DNA of 64,000 bases from the NCBI RefSeq assembly GCF_009914755.1, contig NC_060933.1. One strand, 5' to 3'. Positions 62,581 through 64,000 of the stretch are shown in pieces. The number at the start of each line of letters is the position of its first letter. Position 1 is the stretch's first letter. The DNA comes from the human T2T-CHM13v2.0 reference genome, Homo sapiens. The notes below the pieces were generated by a model. That model was given only the letters and a program-made list of their open reading frames with translations, was not told the origin of the DNA and ran no database searches. Both the position numbers and the translations under genes were made by a program.

Positions 62581-64000
62581 TAGATAATAGATACCCTATC
62601 TAGATAGATAGATAATAGATATTCTATCTAGATAGATAATAGATACCCTATATATCTATCTAATCTATTTTATCTATTTAATCTATCTATTTAATCTATT
62701 TAGACAGAATAGATAGACAGATATTCTATAGTTTGGCATAAGTCAGTCCAATAGTCATTGGCTAAAGCTTTCTCAACCATAAAATCATTTTTCATCTAAG
62801 AGAATCAATGATAGATACCTGGTTGAGACCGCAGCCACAGAGTTTCTTTTTTACTTAAAGAAATCAAAGAGATCTGGAAGACTATTTATTTATAAATTTG
62901 AACCTAGTTTCCTGAAGTAGTCTTATAATTTTGACCTTGTTATATTTCCATCCCAATTCTCAAATAATGATCTCAAATAATGAGCATGTTTAGCATGTTC
63001 TTAGTTCAGATATGAAGAAGCACATAAAAATATATATGCTATCAGGTTGTCAAAAATTTGAGTTCTTCCAGCCCAAACTGATAAAGACTCACTACTGGTC
63101 ATAAATTATGCCATACAAAGCTTTATATTTTATTGAGGAGCTCACTTAAAACCTCATCACATTCCAATTACATTGACAGGGAAGGTATTTTATTACCATT
63201 TTATAAATGAGAAAAAAAATTGTCCTGATGCTCCAATGTTGTCTAATTAAGGTAAAGTTAGGGCTGGGAACTCTTATCATTATATGGATTTTAATAAATA
63301 TATATTTGGTAAAAGGGCCAAGACAGGAATGCTACTTCTCACTGAGAAGGTGGGTTAGCTATTGTTTTCCTTTTATTCTGTGTAGATTCAGATACCTGTA
63401 TCTACAATACAACAACCATAAAAGCCATTTTAAAACTCAAAGTGAATGGGTATGCTGTTTTGTCACTGAATGAATAGGTTCCAAATACTTCATGTAGTCT
63501 CCCTGTGTTCTTTACACCCCATTTTTGACCCACTTTTGACATTTCTCACACCCCAGATTTGTTGTCACTAGAGTAGCTTTATGCCCACACTTATACACAT
63601 AAGGACTTATGGAAGTTTTAACCCTTCTCTACCAAGCTTCAAGTGTCACCTAAGCTATTAGTGAATTGACCTACACTCAATTATAGAGATACATCATGTT
63701 CTGCATTTACCTGTATTCACCTTCTAACACAGAGAAAATGTAAAGGACACACAGAAAGGAGTTACCACAGAAAAATAAAACTTAGAGACTTTTTACAGAA
63801 CCAAGAGTATTTGACTTTAATTATATCAATGGGTAAATTATAAATCTTGTTGCTAATTCATTCCTGTTCCCTTTATCCTCAGAATATTAAAAGGGAGTGT
63901 CTGTATATTCAACATAGCAAATGTGTTCATTTCTGGAAGGTTTCTCAGACCCAACTGGAGTTCAAGACAGAAATAAGTAGATAGCATCGCAGGCCTGGAT

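Overview
Primate (human or great ape) non-coding genomic DNA: AT-rich, repeat-dense, intergenic or deep intronic. I find no supportable host protein-coding exon, and essentially all listed ORFs are L1, Alu or LTR debris or chance ORFs. The window holds eight Alus, L1 fragments from young L1PA2 to ancient L1M, solo LTRs (MER52, MLT1, MER50, MLT2A, MST, MER72-like, LTR16-like), a 5'-deleted HERV9 env-TM remnant with an intact LTR12, a half MADE1 MITE, hAT MITEs, MIR/L2 and a 37-nt tailless U2 snRNA retrocopy. I could not find an undescribed biological system. The most unusual signals are structural: (i) a perfectly homogeneous ~24.7-copy 28-bp VNTR made of quasi-palindromes and bracketed by mutually inverted flanks (61805-62722); (ii) an inverted duplication of an MLT2A LTR end plus flank inside its own (TA)n tract (41697-41997); (iii) a twin-primed, 5'-inverted L1 with a 15-bp TSD (8896-9557); (iv) deep nesting of insertions in one old L1 (5.1-12.4 kb). 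Subfamily names come from recalled consensus sequences, not a database search, and boundaries of old elements are approximate.
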